The notes beneath the pieces are model-generated. The model did not search any database. It had not been told where the DNA came from and worked only from the letters and a program-made list of their open reading frames with translations. The position numbers and the translations under genes are program-made. Shown here in pieces: positions 38,002 to 47,783 of a DNA stretch of 64,000 bases; position 1 is the stretch's first letter; each line of letters begins with the position of its first letter. Source of the DNA: Minisyncoccota bacterium (GTDB taxonomy: Bacteria; Patescibacteriota; Minisyncoccia; UBA6257; JAGOQP01); the NCBI GenBank assembly GCA_041665445.1, contig JBAYIV010000002.1, forward strand, positions 5,836 to 69,835. Direction: 5' to 3'.

Positions 38002-38089
38002 ATAGGTTATATCAGTTATTGCGACAAGCAGAGTATGCGCTGTTTTTATCCAAAAAGCAAAGACGCGGCATCTATCCCAAATCAAACCG

Positions 38090-38118
38090 CGCCAAACAAA
38101 AACACCCGCGAGGGGTGC
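38090..38118 (-). terminator. small hairpin (CACCC-GCGA-GGGTG with extension) with flanking U-runs downstream of the small basic ORF
   Basis: Seen directly; U-runs on both strands. Confidence 0.4.
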
Positions 38119-38126
38119 TTTTGTTT

Positions 38127-38258
38127 TTATTTTCCCTTTTTCCCTCCTTTCTTGGCTTTCTTTGCCGCCAGCATGACTCGCTTTGCCTCAAGCCGCTTCT
38201 TGGTTTTGTGAGGATGCGATTGCTTTTTGCTCGTCAACCCCGTACTTCTTTTTGCCAT
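38127..38258 (-). CDS. small very basic protein (43 aa), ribosomal-protein-like composition
   Basis: MAKRSTGLTSKKQSHPHKTKKRLEAKRVMLAAKKAKKGGKKGK; below the ORF-track length cutoff; terminator hairpin immediately downstream. Confidence 0.35.
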   Translation of the reverse strand: MAKRSTGLTSKKQSHPHKTKKRLEAKRVMLAAKKAKKGGKKGK

Positions 38259-38363
38259 AGCAATGGTGTGTTACTGCATTAATTATTGTATGAGTGTAGC
38301 AAAAAACATCAATAAAGAGAAATATTTTATACAAGCCCCCGCAGTCAAGCGACTAGACAATCG

Positions 38364-38909
38364 TCATCGTATTCCCGTATCACACGATATTGTCACCGAG
38401 GAAAAAGCATGCGGCAGAACGGTAATGGACGGATGGTCACAACTTGGCAAACGACTCTCGCCCGCACTCAACGTATATTGACCCGGCGGCACCGATACCG
38501 AAAATGTTCCGCTCACATTACTCATGATCAGAAGGAACGGATGAGTCGGATCACTGGCGCGAAAAATCGAAACAAGCGTTTGATATGGTTTATCGGCGCA
38601 ATTTGGATCGGGGGGCATGTGCTCCACCGGACAGGTCGGCCCAAGCATTATGGTGCCGCGAATTCCTGCGTCAGAGAGGGTGCCGTCTGTGTTCGTCGCC
38701 AGTGTCCCATCCGGACAAGGCGCAAACGCACAATCGGGACCAGTTCTGCCGACCGATGAACCATCGGGACAAAGCTTTGTCTCCATCGTACACGCCGTAT
38801 TAATTGGCTGTGTTTGAACAGCATACCAATAAGCACCCCCCGCAATCATAGTTGCGACGATAACGATGGGTGCGATAATAGTCTTTGCCATAGGAATAAA
38901 GTGTAGCAC
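38364..38909 (-). CDS. membrane-anchored Cys-rich extracytoplasmic protein sharing a module with the TspO fusion protein
   Basis: N-terminal TM; CTMETKLCPDGSSVGRTGPDCAFAPCPDG almost identical to CTQEAKLCPDGSAVERTGPDCAFALCP in 24895..25950. Confidence 0.55.
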   Translation of the reverse strand: MLHFIPMAKTIIAPIVIVATMIAGGAYWYAVQTQPINTACTMETKLCPDGSSVGRTGPDCAFAPCPDGTLATNTDGTLSDAGIRGTIMLGPTCPVEHMPPDPNCADKPYQTLVSIFRASDPTHPFLLIMSNVSGTFSVSVPPGQYTLSAGESRLPSCDHPSITVLPHAFSSVTISCDTGIR

Positions 38910-38968
38910 GCGCGAAAATATTTTGAAACGAACGGGAAAAAATAATTATCAAAACAAACCTTGTCAGT

Positions 38969-40450
38969 CTACCAGTCTCGATAAACCTCCCCACTCTGCT
39001 CAAGCACCTGTCCGGCTTTATCTTGTCTCCCCGCCCTGCCGAAAAAAATTGCCGCCATATCGGTCTCCCCTCTTGAGAGTGCCGCCTCTCCCGCATATTC
39101 CCAAAATTTCAACGCTTTTTCGCGTTGCCCCGCATTCTCCCAAAATTCAGCGACTTCCGTTGCCTGAGAGCGAGAAAAATAGCCGTGATTGTGCTTATTT
39201 TCCCATGCCAATCCAACCTCGCCCGCAAGAGCCAATTTTTCATATATCTTCTGCGCTGCGTCAGCGTCGCCAACATTTCCATATAACTGCGCCACTTTTT
39301 CCAAATGATAGAATTCGTTATAATTGCCTTCCGTGACCTCGAGACTCAATAATGTTTTTATTTCGTCTCTTTTGAGCAATTCGTCCAACTGTTTCCTTTC
39401 AAATCCCTGATGCTGTAAAAGGCTCTGCTTTATATCCAGAGCTTGTATGGTTGGACGATTGGCCGTTATATGTGGCCCCCTTTTAAGAATATCTTCCTTG
39501 TACTTTTCAATCGCCTCTTGGGGAAGATACATAATCGCCAAATCGCCATACTGCAGGTCCAAGGCTCCGCATTCTTTTATTATTTTTGCCTTTTCGGCTT
39601 CAATTTCTTCCGCGCCCGCCCCCTCTTTAATGCGATAAGCAAATATCTCAAGCATCTGCTCGACTCTATCTTGATATTTTTTTGAAAGATCTTCGCCCGC
39701 GTGGTGCAATGATCCGTCTTGATTATAAACGTCTTGAGGAACAAACCCCATCTTTTCCCAAAAACCGAAAGAGTTAAACGCCGCCTGTAATAAAACTTTT
39801 CCGTCCGCACCCAACTGGAGGCTCCTTTCGACGGCTATTTCCGTGAGCAACTTTCCAATATTTTCATACTTACCGCCAATATATCTGTCCCGTTCGGCCA
39901 TTTCGACAAACACCTTTGCGGGTCTTTTAACTCTTTGCTCTCCATTCCCATAATCCTCTTCAAAAAAATGATCGTGATCCCACCCGGGACCGTAATTATT
40001 TTTATCCATCGCCCCATCCGGCAAATCCCTTCTTAGATAGAGATCACCGATGCGCTGGCCATCGGGACGAATCAAAAAAAATCCCTCTTGGTCCGGTTCT
40101 TGGGCTCGCCCCTTGGCCTTGTGTATCTCCACTCTGACCGTCTCCCCGCTTTCTTTATCCACAACATCAACCTCGCCGATTTTGGGACCGTAAAAACCAC
40201 ATTCCTTGTACGCCTCAATAACACTCACGTCTGCCTTAAACCTATGGGGACCAAAATACATTTCATCAATTTTCTTGTCTATCAGACTTTTGTTTGCTCC
40301 CGTGGGCTCACTGGCTTCTTTTGTGAAATCGTCGCCCTCCTTAATAGCAGGGACACTCAATTCTTCCTCTGCCACATCTTTGGGAACCGCAAAATCCTCC
40401 TCCGCAAGAGAAGTTGAATCGCTTGAACTTATGCCGTGTTGTTCGTCCAT
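38969..40450 (-). CDS. hypothetical protein with acidic N-terminus and TPR-like C-terminal repeats
   Basis: Start at internal Met MDEQHGISS; C-terminal AEFWENAGQREKALKFWEYAGEAALSRGETDMAAIFFGRAG helical repeats. Confidence 0.5.
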   Translation of the reverse strand: MDEQHGISSSDSTSLAEEDFAVPKDVAEEELSVPAIKEGDDFTKEASEPTGANKSLIDKKIDEMYFGPHRFKADVSVIEAYKECGFYGPKIGEVDVVDKESGETVRVEIHKAKGRAQEPDQEGFFLIRPDGQRIGDLYLRRDLPDGAMDKNNYGPGWDHDHFFEEDYGNGEQRVKRPAKVFVEMAERDRYIGGKYENIGKLLTEIAVERSLQLGADGKVLLQAAFNSFGFWEKMGFVPQDVYNQDGSLHHAGEDLSKKYQDRVEQMLEIFAYRIKEGAGAEEIEAEKAKIIKECGALDLQYGDLAIMYLPQEAIEKYKEDILKRGPHITANRPTIQALDIKQSLLQHQGFERKQLDELLKRDEIKTLLSLEVTEGNYNEFYHLEKVAQLYGNVGDADAAQKIYEKLALAGEVGLAWENKHNHGYFSRSQATEVAEFWENAGQREKALKFWEYAGEAALSRGETDMAAIFFGRAGRQDKAGQVLEQSGEVYRDW

Positions 40451-40563
40451 AATTAAAAAGAATGGTATCAAAAAAAATCTTTTCCGGCAACAAAAAATTT
40501 CTATTTTTTGTAAAAGAAAAAGCTCGAGTTTCCCCGAGCTTAGTGCGACGAAAGACCGATCGA

Positions 40564-41364
40564 TCATTCGCCGACGAGCGACTGCATTGAGGCAACCCAA
40601 TCCTTTCCTTCCTCGGTGACTCGTGCATGAAGCATCATCACTTTTGCCCCCTCGATCTGAACGGAAAAGCGCGAAAAGTGATCAAATGCCGCCGAGAATG
40701 GATCGTCGTGATGACTCAGATCAGTCACCACCGCAACGTGCGTTGCCCCTCGACGGGCCGCCTCGATCATGAGCAAAATGCCGTAAGGCACCAGCCCACC
40801 AAATCTGAAAGTGTCACCCAGCATCTTGGAACTCATGGGAAGGTGCAGGTCGCTTAGAACGACATCAAAGGTCTCCGTCGCAAGAGCCTCCATCGCGTCA
40901 TCATACCCCATCACCGTGGTGAGTTGATGCCCCGCCAAACCCTTTTTGGCACTCCTGATGTGCTGTGGAGTATCATCGATGACGAGAATGCGTTTGGGAT
41001 TGGCGAGAACCGAACTTGCCCCAATCTCTTGGGAAAGTGGTAGGGGTTCCTTGCTTATGCCGTCGATGATTTTCATGAACCCGGCGATCGCTTCCGTCGC
41101 CGAGACAACGGCACATTTCTCGGGCAGTGCCGGCACATCTCCACCCGCGTGTAAAAACGCATACGATTTTTCGTTGTCGTACCCCCTTTCGATGTCACGC
41201 GGGTCGGTAAAGATCACCAGATCGGCCTCACCGACGCTTTCGACGAAAGCGATGCCCGCCTCACCGATGAGCGTCCAGAGCACTCTCTTGATCGCCATCG
41301 CAAAAGGCCCGCGAGGGATCACCAGACAAACCTTCACCAGTCGTACCGCCGTCTCGCTACCCAT
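40564..41364 (-). CDS. response-regulator receiver (REC) domain protein with unknown N-terminal domain
   Basis: RILVIDDTPQHIRSAKKGLAGHQLTTVMGYDDAMEALATETFDVVLSDLHLP, CheY-like phospho-acceptor Asp pocket. Confidence 0.6.
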   Translation of the reverse strand: MGSETAVRLVKVCLVIPRGPFAMAIKRVLWTLIGEAGIAFVESVGEADLVIFTDPRDIERGYDNEKSYAFLHAGGDVPALPEKCAVVSATEAIAGFMKIIDGISKEPLPLSQEIGASSVLANPKRILVIDDTPQHIRSAKKGLAGHQLTTVMGYDDAMEALATETFDVVLSDLHLPMSSKMLGDTFRFGGLVPYGILLMIEAARRGATHVAVVTDLSHHDDPFSAAFDHFSRFSVQIEGAKVMMLHARVTEEGKDWVASMQSLVGE

Positions 41365-41506
41365 GTTTCAACTCCCTTCCTTTGAGAAACCGCAAAAGTC
41401 AATGTGCGACTTGAACCAAACCATATAATGGCATTTATTCAATCAAGTGTCAATATATCGCACCGGCTCTTTTGACTGTACGGAACAATTGTGGTAGTAT
41501 GAGCCC

Positions 41507-41845
41507 ATGAACAACTTTGAAGATGCATCACAAAACGAACAAGGCAAAGAGCACATCCCTGCACGCGAAGAAATTCTAGCGCAAATTCACGAGCGATGTG
41601 AGAGCGCGGAAATTATCCGCGAGCTTGCCGACACTGACGGAGTATATCTCCTTGAAGCGCGCGAGCAAGGGAAAAAACCGGGCGAGTTTACCGATTATAT
41701 TTATCAGCGCAAAGGAACATTCCCCGGCCACAATGACGCGGAAAAAACAGTTCTTGAAAAAGTATATTTTGAGGACGATATGCCGTGCGGCGGAGACATC
41801 ATTGCTGAGTACGACGACACCACACGAACGTGGATCGAGAAATAG
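41507..41845 (+). CDS. hypothetical acidic protein
   Basis: One of only two plus-strand genes; strong terminator right after the stop. Confidence 0.45.
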   Translation: MNNFEDASQNEQGKEHIPAREEILAQIHERCESAEIIRELADTDGVYLLEAREQGKKPGEFTDYIYQRKGTFPGHNDAEKTVLEKVYFEDDMPCGGDIIAEYDDTTRTWIEK

Positions 41846-41876
41846 CTCGGCGCGTACATCGACGCTTTGCAATAGA

Positions 41877-41917
41877 AACAACAAACACCTCGCAGAGAGG
41901 TGTTTGTTGTTGTTTTT
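41877..41917 (+). terminator. rho-independent terminator (15-bp perfect stem AACAACAAACACCTC / GAGGTGTTTGTTGTT, loop GCAGA, then GTTTTT), sited for bidirectional use
   Basis: Seen directly, between convergent genes 41507..41845 (+) and 41932..42393 (-). Confidence 0.7.
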
Positions 41918-41931
41918 AAACCATTGCAATA

Positions 41932-42393
41932 TTATTTTACCCCATCGGCAAACTCGCCACGTATTTCCATCCAAAGCTTTCCCAGATGGTTTTCTCCGTC
42001 TTTGTTTGGTCCCCACCCCCAATAGGCATCGCGCCATGAATCTTCAACCAGCTCTCGGTCTCCTGATTCAATAAGTTTCTTCTTCACGTACGGATGCTGT
42101 TCGACTTTCGCACGCAAAATTTCTTTCATAATTCCAAGCTTAACCGCATCCCAGTCGTTGCGATACTTGTCTTTGTTTGCATTGGCAAGTTTTTGAGAAT
42201 CATGCGCAGAGCGAGTGAGACGTATCTGCTCTTTTAAGTCCTCGTTTTCAAACTTCTCGGAATGATACGCATGTTCGGAAGTTGGATACAGTTTCCCCTT
42301 CCACTCAACAGCAAACGAGGAGAAATTTGAAAACACGTAAAATTCGTGTTCATAGAAAAAGATTTGCGCGTCAGTGTCATTACCGTGATTCAT
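41932..42393 (-). CDS. NADAR-domain protein (YbiA-like N-glycosidase family)
   Basis: HEFYVFSNFSSFAVEWKGKLYPTSEHAYHSEKF...GKLWMEIR typical of DUF1768/NADAR. Confidence 0.8.
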   Translation of the reverse strand: MNHGNDTDAQIFFYEHEFYVFSNFSSFAVEWKGKLYPTSEHAYHSEKFENEDLKEQIRLTRSAHDSQKLANANKDKYRNDWDAVKLGIMKEILRAKVEQHPYVKKKLIESGDRELVEDSWRDAYWGWGPNKDGENHLGKLWMEIRGEFADGVK

Positions 42394-42593
42394 AATGTTG
42401 AGAATAGCACAAAAATGTTTCGCCGTCCTCTACAAACGCGCGGAGAAACTCTTGCTTTGCAACTGATGTGTCGCAAGATAGAAATCGCATCACAATAAAA
42501 GAAAACCGCCAGAGGTCTGGGAAGACGTAGCGGGTTGTGGGTAGTCTGTTCTGCGAGGTTGAGAAAACCAGATCGTGTGGTGTGCGGAGCCGG

Positions 42594-43028
42594 CTATATA
42601 TATTTGGCTCCCAATCGTCTTCCGGTTTCTTCCAGCTCGCTGTTGGTGAGGGACTCGACCGTTGTCCCTCCCTTGTTGTCAACGATGAATTTCCGAGGTG
42701 CCCAAACCTTGGGGACCAGTACGCGCCATCGCTTTGAACCGTTGGGTGAGTTTCCGGGAGTTTTTCCCTGGGGAACCCGAGAACGACGGTCCCGGTAGTC
42801 GTCCACGTCACGCGCTATGGACAGCGCGACGAAGAAGAACATGGCACCGAAAAAAGCTGCGCCAAGCTCCGTCAAGCCGAAGATCGGGTCGGCGTAGATG
42901 TCGCTTCCGGAATATCCAGCGCCCAGCGCGACACCGACGATGATTGAAGCTGAACGGACACAACCGATGGCTCCGACGAGCAATAAAACTGCGACAAGGA
43001 CCTTCAGGAAGACATCACTCTTCTTCAT
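42594..43028 (-). CDS. small membrane protein (DoxX-like topology)
   Basis: Start MKKSDVFLKV after GGAGG SD; TM helices, then a basic C-terminal tail. Confidence 0.4.
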   Translation of the reverse strand: MKKSDVFLKVLVAVLLLVGAIGCVRSASIIVGVALGAGYSGSDIYADPIFGLTELGAAFFGAMFFFVALSIARDVDDYRDRRSRVPQGKTPGNSPNGSKRWRVLVPKVWAPRKFIVDNKGGTTVESLTNSELEETGRRLGAKYI

Positions 43029-43151
43029 CACAACCTCCTCAATTTGCTGGCTGTAGAATAATACGATTTTCCCCAAAGTGTCAATAGACGCCCGAGCGAT
43101 GCGATGCAAGAGAAACGACCGGGAGAAACTAAAGTCTCGCTTCCATCGACA

Positions 43152-43847
43152 CTATGCATCATCTCCCGCCAAGCGCAGGCGCGCCAGTGCGCGCCGATGA
43201 AGCACATATCCGACAATCCGATACATCATCAACAAGATGAAAATAATTCCCGTGATCCAATACATGTCTACCATCGCGCTCACCGCGCTGTCGGTCCCCG
43301 TCATAACGCCATGCACGAACGAAAACGCAAAAAGCGGATAGACGACGTAATGGGTCGCACGCCAAAAACGCGGCGTCCTGATGCGTAAAAAAATAGAAAC
43401 CAAAATCGTTATCACGAGCAAATAAAAACCGATAATACCCATGCCGACATAGACCGGTTTAAAGCTTGACGCAAGTGGAACGAATAATTCAGTGATGCCG
43501 AAATGGACGAACGAATCAAAAAACAGGGAAAATATATGCACCAGCACCACCACACCCAACGCGATACTGACATATTTATGAATGGTCCATGCCTTAATTG
43601 GATTGATAAACCGATACACAAAGCCACCGGTCATGCCGGTCCCCAATACCACCACGATAAACATAAGAACGTACGCGGTAATCGCCGCCGAGCGCGTAAT
43701 GTACCACGGCAAGTTTTGAGGGTGATGTGCGGTGATTCCATCCACCAGCGCCCCCAGCCAGTTACTCTGCAAAAGAGCGCCATACGCCACCACCAATCCG
43801 ATACCGACAATGATCGCGACGCTCAACCACAAAAGAGCTTTCTTCAT
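43152..43847 (-). CDS. ferric-reductase-like transmembrane (di-heme b, bis-His) domain protein
   Basis: 6 TMs; H-x13-H (HKYVSIALGVVVLVH) and H-x12-H (HYVVYPLFAFSFVH) on alternate helices, as in NOX/FRE/MsrQ heme-binding domains. Confidence 0.6.
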   Translation of the reverse strand: MKKALLWLSVAIIVGIGLVVAYGALLQSNWLGALVDGITAHHPQNLPWYITRSAAITAYVLMFIVVVLGTGMTGGFVYRFINPIKAWTIHKYVSIALGVVVLVHIFSLFFDSFVHFGITELFVPLASSFKPVYVGMGIIGFYLLVITILVSIFLRIRTPRFWRATHYVVYPLFAFSFVHGVMTGTDSAVSAMVDMYWITGIIFILLMMYRIVGYVLHRRALARLRLAGDDA

Positions 43848-43857
43848 ATGACGCGCA

Positions 43858-44799
43858 TTAGAAATAGTCGAGTGCTCGTTTTGAGAATATCACGCTCCCA
43901 TTTTTGAAAAAAATAAGGCACGCCGCCTCCGGCTGCTCCTCAATAAATTTCAATCCCTCTTGGGACCCCAGCACCAGAATCGTTTTTGCATAAATATCCG
44001 CCTCGGTCGCCGTGCGAGTAATGGCGGTCACCGCCAGCACATCGTTAACAACCGGCAAGCCAGTGCGCGGATCGATAATATGATGCCATTCGTATCCGCC
44101 CGCATTCCCCTTCCTTTTGAAAATACCCGACGTGGCGATGCCCAGCATACGCCCCCGCGTATTGAGTGAAAAAAGTTGTGTCTCCGGCCGATACGGATTT
44201 TGCACCCCCACGTGCCAATCTCCATCGTCTCCATTTTTTCCGCTCACATACAAATCGCCGCCGGCCGATATCCAAAAATCATTCACCTCTCCCAGTGCGT
44301 GACTCCCCACATAATCAAGAATATATCCTTTTCCAATGCCACCAAAATCCAATCGCAGGCCGTCCGGCTTGGAAACGGTTGTTTTCCCCACTTGCAATTG
44401 CGTCAGTAGCGTCCGATGGGCAAATGTATTTTGAATTTGAGCGACATTGACCATGACGCCAGCTTCCGACTCGGGCGTCATTTCCGTGAAACTTTTCCGG
44501 TATCCGACTTCTTCCAAACTGCCAATAATCGTCGGATCAAAAACGCCGTCCGTTGCCCAAAAAAAACGCTGCGTCGCCGTCAGGAGCTTTTTCATAAAAT
44601 CGCTCACGGCGATATCTCCCCCCGGCGCATTATTAAAATCAGTCAATTCGCTGTCCTCAAGAAACCGACTGAAGCGTTTTTCAAAATCTTTTATTTCACG
44701 CTCCGCATCGTCAAGCGCGTTCTGTTGATCATCAGAAAGCCAAGCGGTGAGAACCACCTCCGTTCCCATCGCGTTTAGTTTCTTCCAGTAAAGCCGCAT
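43858..44799 (-). CDS. apbE: FAD:protein FMN transferase (ApbE family)
   Basis: LDFGGIGKGY and WHHIIDPRTG ApbE motifs. Confidence 0.85.
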   Translation of the reverse strand: MRLYWKKLNAMGTEVVLTAWLSDDQQNALDDAEREIKDFEKRFSRFLEDSELTDFNNAPGGDIAVSDFMKKLLTATQRFFWATDGVFDPTIIGSLEEVGYRKSFTEMTPESEAGVMVNVAQIQNTFAHRTLLTQLQVGKTTVSKPDGLRLDFGGIGKGYILDYVGSHALGEVNDFWISAGGDLYVSGKNGDDGDWHVGVQNPYRPETQLFSLNTRGRMLGIATSGIFKRKGNAGGYEWHHIIDPRTGLPVVNDVLAVTAITRTATEADIYAKTILVLGSQEGLKFIEEQPEAACLIFFKNGSVIFSKRALDYF

Positions 44800-44828
44800 A
44801 GTATAGATAAACGCTTGGTTAACCGCTG

Positions 44829-46394
44829 TTAATCATCGTATCCACCGTCATCATCGGAATAATATCTCCGTCCCGTTACTTGCGTAGACGCGCTCCCTTG
44901 AATTCCTCCCGCGGCCTGCGCCGGAGAAGATGCCGCTGCCGGAGACGATACCGATGTTACCGGTGCGGGAGCCGTCTGACCGCTCACATACGCAGGAGTT
45001 GTTGGTGACTGTGTAATGCCGGCAGTCTGCTGTGGTTGAGTTTGTGCAGGCGCAGCTGTTGAAACGGGCGCCGACACGGACGTTACCGGTGCGGGAGCAA
45101 AAAGAGATGCCGGTTGTGTTCCTACTGTAGCGACATTTGCCGCTTGAGATGCGGAAACGGTTTGTGCTTGTGATTGCACGCCAGCCGGTGCGGCCGGAGA
45201 CGATACCGATGTTATCGGCGCAGGAGCGGCGGTACGCGTGGCCACAGCCACCTGCGTTGACGCACGAACCGGTGCGGAAACGGACTTCTTTGCAGACGCA
45301 CTCTGTCCCAAAGCAACCGCCATCGGGGCACTACCCGAACTACCCGCGGCATTTTCAGTAACCGGTGCGCCCGAGACCGATGTTACGGGTAACGGTGCCT
45401 GCGTTGATGCGGGCACGACATTTGATTGAACCGCTCCGGCTCCCGTTCGCACCAAAGAACCGGCAGTCACCGATGAGGCGTTAACCAGACGGCGCGAGTC
45501 GGAAGATTGTAGAGAAGATTGGACTTTTGCCGATAGCGTGCTGGCGTTTGTAATTGAAATGTATGCAAAGGTCGCGATTGCTGCCGAGAAGGCCATCGCA
45601 TAAGAAAGATTTTTCATCTGCGCCCGCAACCCCACGTCCCCCGTCATTGAAAAAGCCTCAATCACAATCTGTGATTGATCAACGCCCGCCGCAAGAAGCT
45701 CCGACTGTATTCCTTTCATGAAACCAGGCGATCCGCAGAGAAAAAATGTTTTTCCATAAACACCGCCCGTAAAAGCATCAATGATACGTGCATTAATTCT
45801 TTCATTGATAAACCCCGCGGCGGGAAGCCGGACATTTTCTTCATCCGTAATGGAAATGAGTACGCGCATGCGCGGATTTCTCGCCGCAAGATGCGCAAGG
45901 TCATCCAAAAAGACAGCCCCCTCCATCGTTCGATTGCTATACAACAGTGACAGTTTATTTTCCAATCGATTATCGGCAGCATAGCGCAACGCACTCATAA
46001 ATGGCGTCACGCCGATACCACCCGCGATAAAAACTGCCTCGCGATGTTTTTTCTCATCAAAAATAAACGACCCGTACGGCCCAGACACAAAAACATCGTC
46101 TCCTTCGTTTAATTTCGCAAGATCGCGCGTAAAACTTCCACCGATCTTGACTCCCAGTGTGAGCACATCAGTCTGCGTCGGCGAACTGGCGATAGAAAAA
46201 GCATGCCGCGCCGCACGGGCTCCTCGCGAAGTAATATAGGAGAGCATCACATACTGTCCGGGTCGAAAATTGAAAACCGGTTCTCCGCGAATATCAACCA
46301 AATCCAAAACAACGACATCGGACGATGCTTGTGTAATTTTTTTTATTGCATAGTGACGATCCTTTGAGGGGGATAATGTCGATAGTACAGACAT
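44829..46394 (-). CDS. FNR-like FAD/NAD(P)-binding oxidoreductase with C-terminal TM helix and repetitive Ala/Pro/Ser/Thr-rich tail
   Basis: FRPGQYVMLSY, RHAFSIASSP (flavin), GGIGVTPFMS (NAD), CGSPGFMKG; TM LSYAMAFSAAIATFAYISI; tail with 4x AP(A/L)P(V/I)TSVS. Confidence 0.75.
   Translation of the reverse strand: MSVLSTLSPSKDRHYAIKKITQASSDVVVLDLVDIRGEPVFNFRPGQYVMLSYITSRGARAARHAFSIASSPTQTDVLTLGVKIGGSFTRDLAKLNEGDDVFVSGPYGSFIFDEKKHREAVFIAGGIGVTPFMSALRYAADNRLENKLSLLYSNRTMEGAVFLDDLAHLAARNPRMRVLISITDEENVRLPAAGFINERINARIIDAFTGGVYGKTFFLCGSPGFMKGIQSELLAAGVDQSQIVIEAFSMTGDVGLRAQMKNLSYAMAFSAAIATFAYISITNASTLSAKVQSSLQSSDSRRLVNASSVTAGSLVRTGAGAVQSNVVPASTQAPLPVTSVSGAPVTENAAGSSGSAPMAVALGQSASAKKSVSAPVRASTQVAVATRTAAPAPITSVSSPAAPAGVQSQAQTVSASQAANVATVGTQPASLFAPAPVTSVSAPVSTAAPAQTQPQQTAGITQSPTTPAYVSGQTAPAPVTSVSSPAAASSPAQAAGGIQGSASTQVTGRRYYSDDDGGYDD
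44950..45401. repeat. tandem ~115-125-nt imperfect DNA repeats encoding the AP(A/L)P(V/I)TSVS protein repeats in the tail of the FNR-like protein
   Basis: GATGTTACCGGTGCGGGAGC recurs four times with variants. Confidence 0.6.
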
Positions 46395-46692
46395 AACGAT
46401 AGAAAATATACTCGTATTCTAACCGAATCAAAAATGTTGCGTGATGGATACCGTCTGCGCGCCCACACCGCTTTGAGCGGGCACACTCCTACCTGGTGAT
46501 ACGCGCACTGCGTCTATCTTATTTCACGCCATCGCGACATATATTCCACGCATACGCGCGCATGTGAGGCGCTGCACCCGATAAGACGTAAATGGCCGGA
46601 CAAATATGACACTCATGTCGCCCCCGCACCTTGCAAAAAACCACCCCAAAAAGCTTACCGCAAAACTTCCCACCGACACTCGTTCCGGCGCG

Positions 46693-47772
46693 CTACCAAT
46701 CTTTGTGCCCGAGGTCTTTGAGCCCTTCCTTTGCCTTTTTCAAAAACTTCCCGAATTGGCGATCCTTCACCCGTTTTTCCACGTCGTCCATCTCGCAGTA
46801 CTTAGCTTCTTTTTTGAGATTGACATAGTTGGCATATTTTTCTTTGTCCAGCTTGCCAGACGCGACCGCCTTGGTCACCTCGCACCCGGGCTCATGCGCG
46901 TGCGTGCAATCGACGTATCTACATTTTTTTGCCAGTACAGTGATCTGATCAAAAAAAGCATCAATCCCCCCGCTCGCATCGCCCATCCCGACTTGGCGCA
47001 TCCCCGGATTATCAATAACGATTCCGCCATGAGTAAGAACATACATCTGCCTTCCCGTGGTCACGTGCTTTCCTCTGCCGGAATACGAACTGATGTCATC
47101 GGTGCGTATGGCTTCGTTGGCCGGCGGATTGCCCAATAGTTTGTTAATCAGCGACGACTTCCCGACTCCGGACGATCCCAGGAAACAATACGTTTTCCCC
47201 GTGGCAATATAGTTTCTCAATTCATCAAGACCCTCATTCTGTACGACGCTGGTAAAAAGTATATCCACGCCCGGAAACCTGCTCTCCAGCTGGCTCCGCC
47301 GTTCGTCCGATTCTTCGCGCGAAAGAAGATCAACTTTGTTAAGAACGATTGCGGGCCGCACCCCGCCGCTTTGCGCGATGGCAAAATATCTTTCAAAACG
47401 ATTTAGGTTATAATCCCGATCAACCGATTCAACCACGAACGCAACATCCACATTGGCGGCAATGATCTGGACTTTGTCTCCGTATTTTCTTTTGATCACC
47501 GTCGCTCGTGGCAATATGCCGTGAATAACCGCCAAATCATCGTCGGCCTTGGCAATGGCAACCCAATCCCCGACTGCCGGATAATCCTCCCGCGACGACG
47601 CCTCAAACATCCGCTTGCCCGTAATTTTTGCCGGATACTCCCCGTCCGCATCTTTTATGCGATATGCCTCTTTAAATTCTGCGATTACCCGCGCCATCGC
47701 AAAATCACCCAGCCCGAGCTTGTTTCTGTTCGTCTCAAAAAATGCAGAATATCCTAAATCTTCGACTTTCAT
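46693..47772 (-). CDS. rsgA: ribosome small-subunit-dependent GTPase A
   Basis: OB-fold N-terminus, circularly permuted GTPase (NKVDLL...FLGSSGVGKSSLINKL...DDIS), C-terminal zinc finger CRYVDCTHAHEPGC. Confidence 0.85.
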   Translation of the reverse strand: MKVEDLGYSAFFETNRNKLGLGDFAMARVIAEFKEAYRIKDADGEYPAKITGKRMFEASSREDYPAVGDWVAIAKADDDLAVIHGILPRATVIKRKYGDKVQIIAANVDVAFVVESVDRDYNLNRFERYFAIAQSGGVRPAIVLNKVDLLSREESDERRSQLESRFPGVDILFTSVVQNEGLDELRNYIATGKTYCFLGSSGVGKSSLINKLLGNPPANEAIRTDDISSYSGRGKHVTTGRQMYVLTHGGIVIDNPGMRQVGMGDASGGIDAFFDQITVLAKKCRYVDCTHAHEPGCEVTKAVASGKLDKEKYANYVNLKKEAKYCEMDDVEKRVKDRQFGKFLKKAKEGLKDLGHKDW

Positions 47773-47783
47773 TTATATTTATT

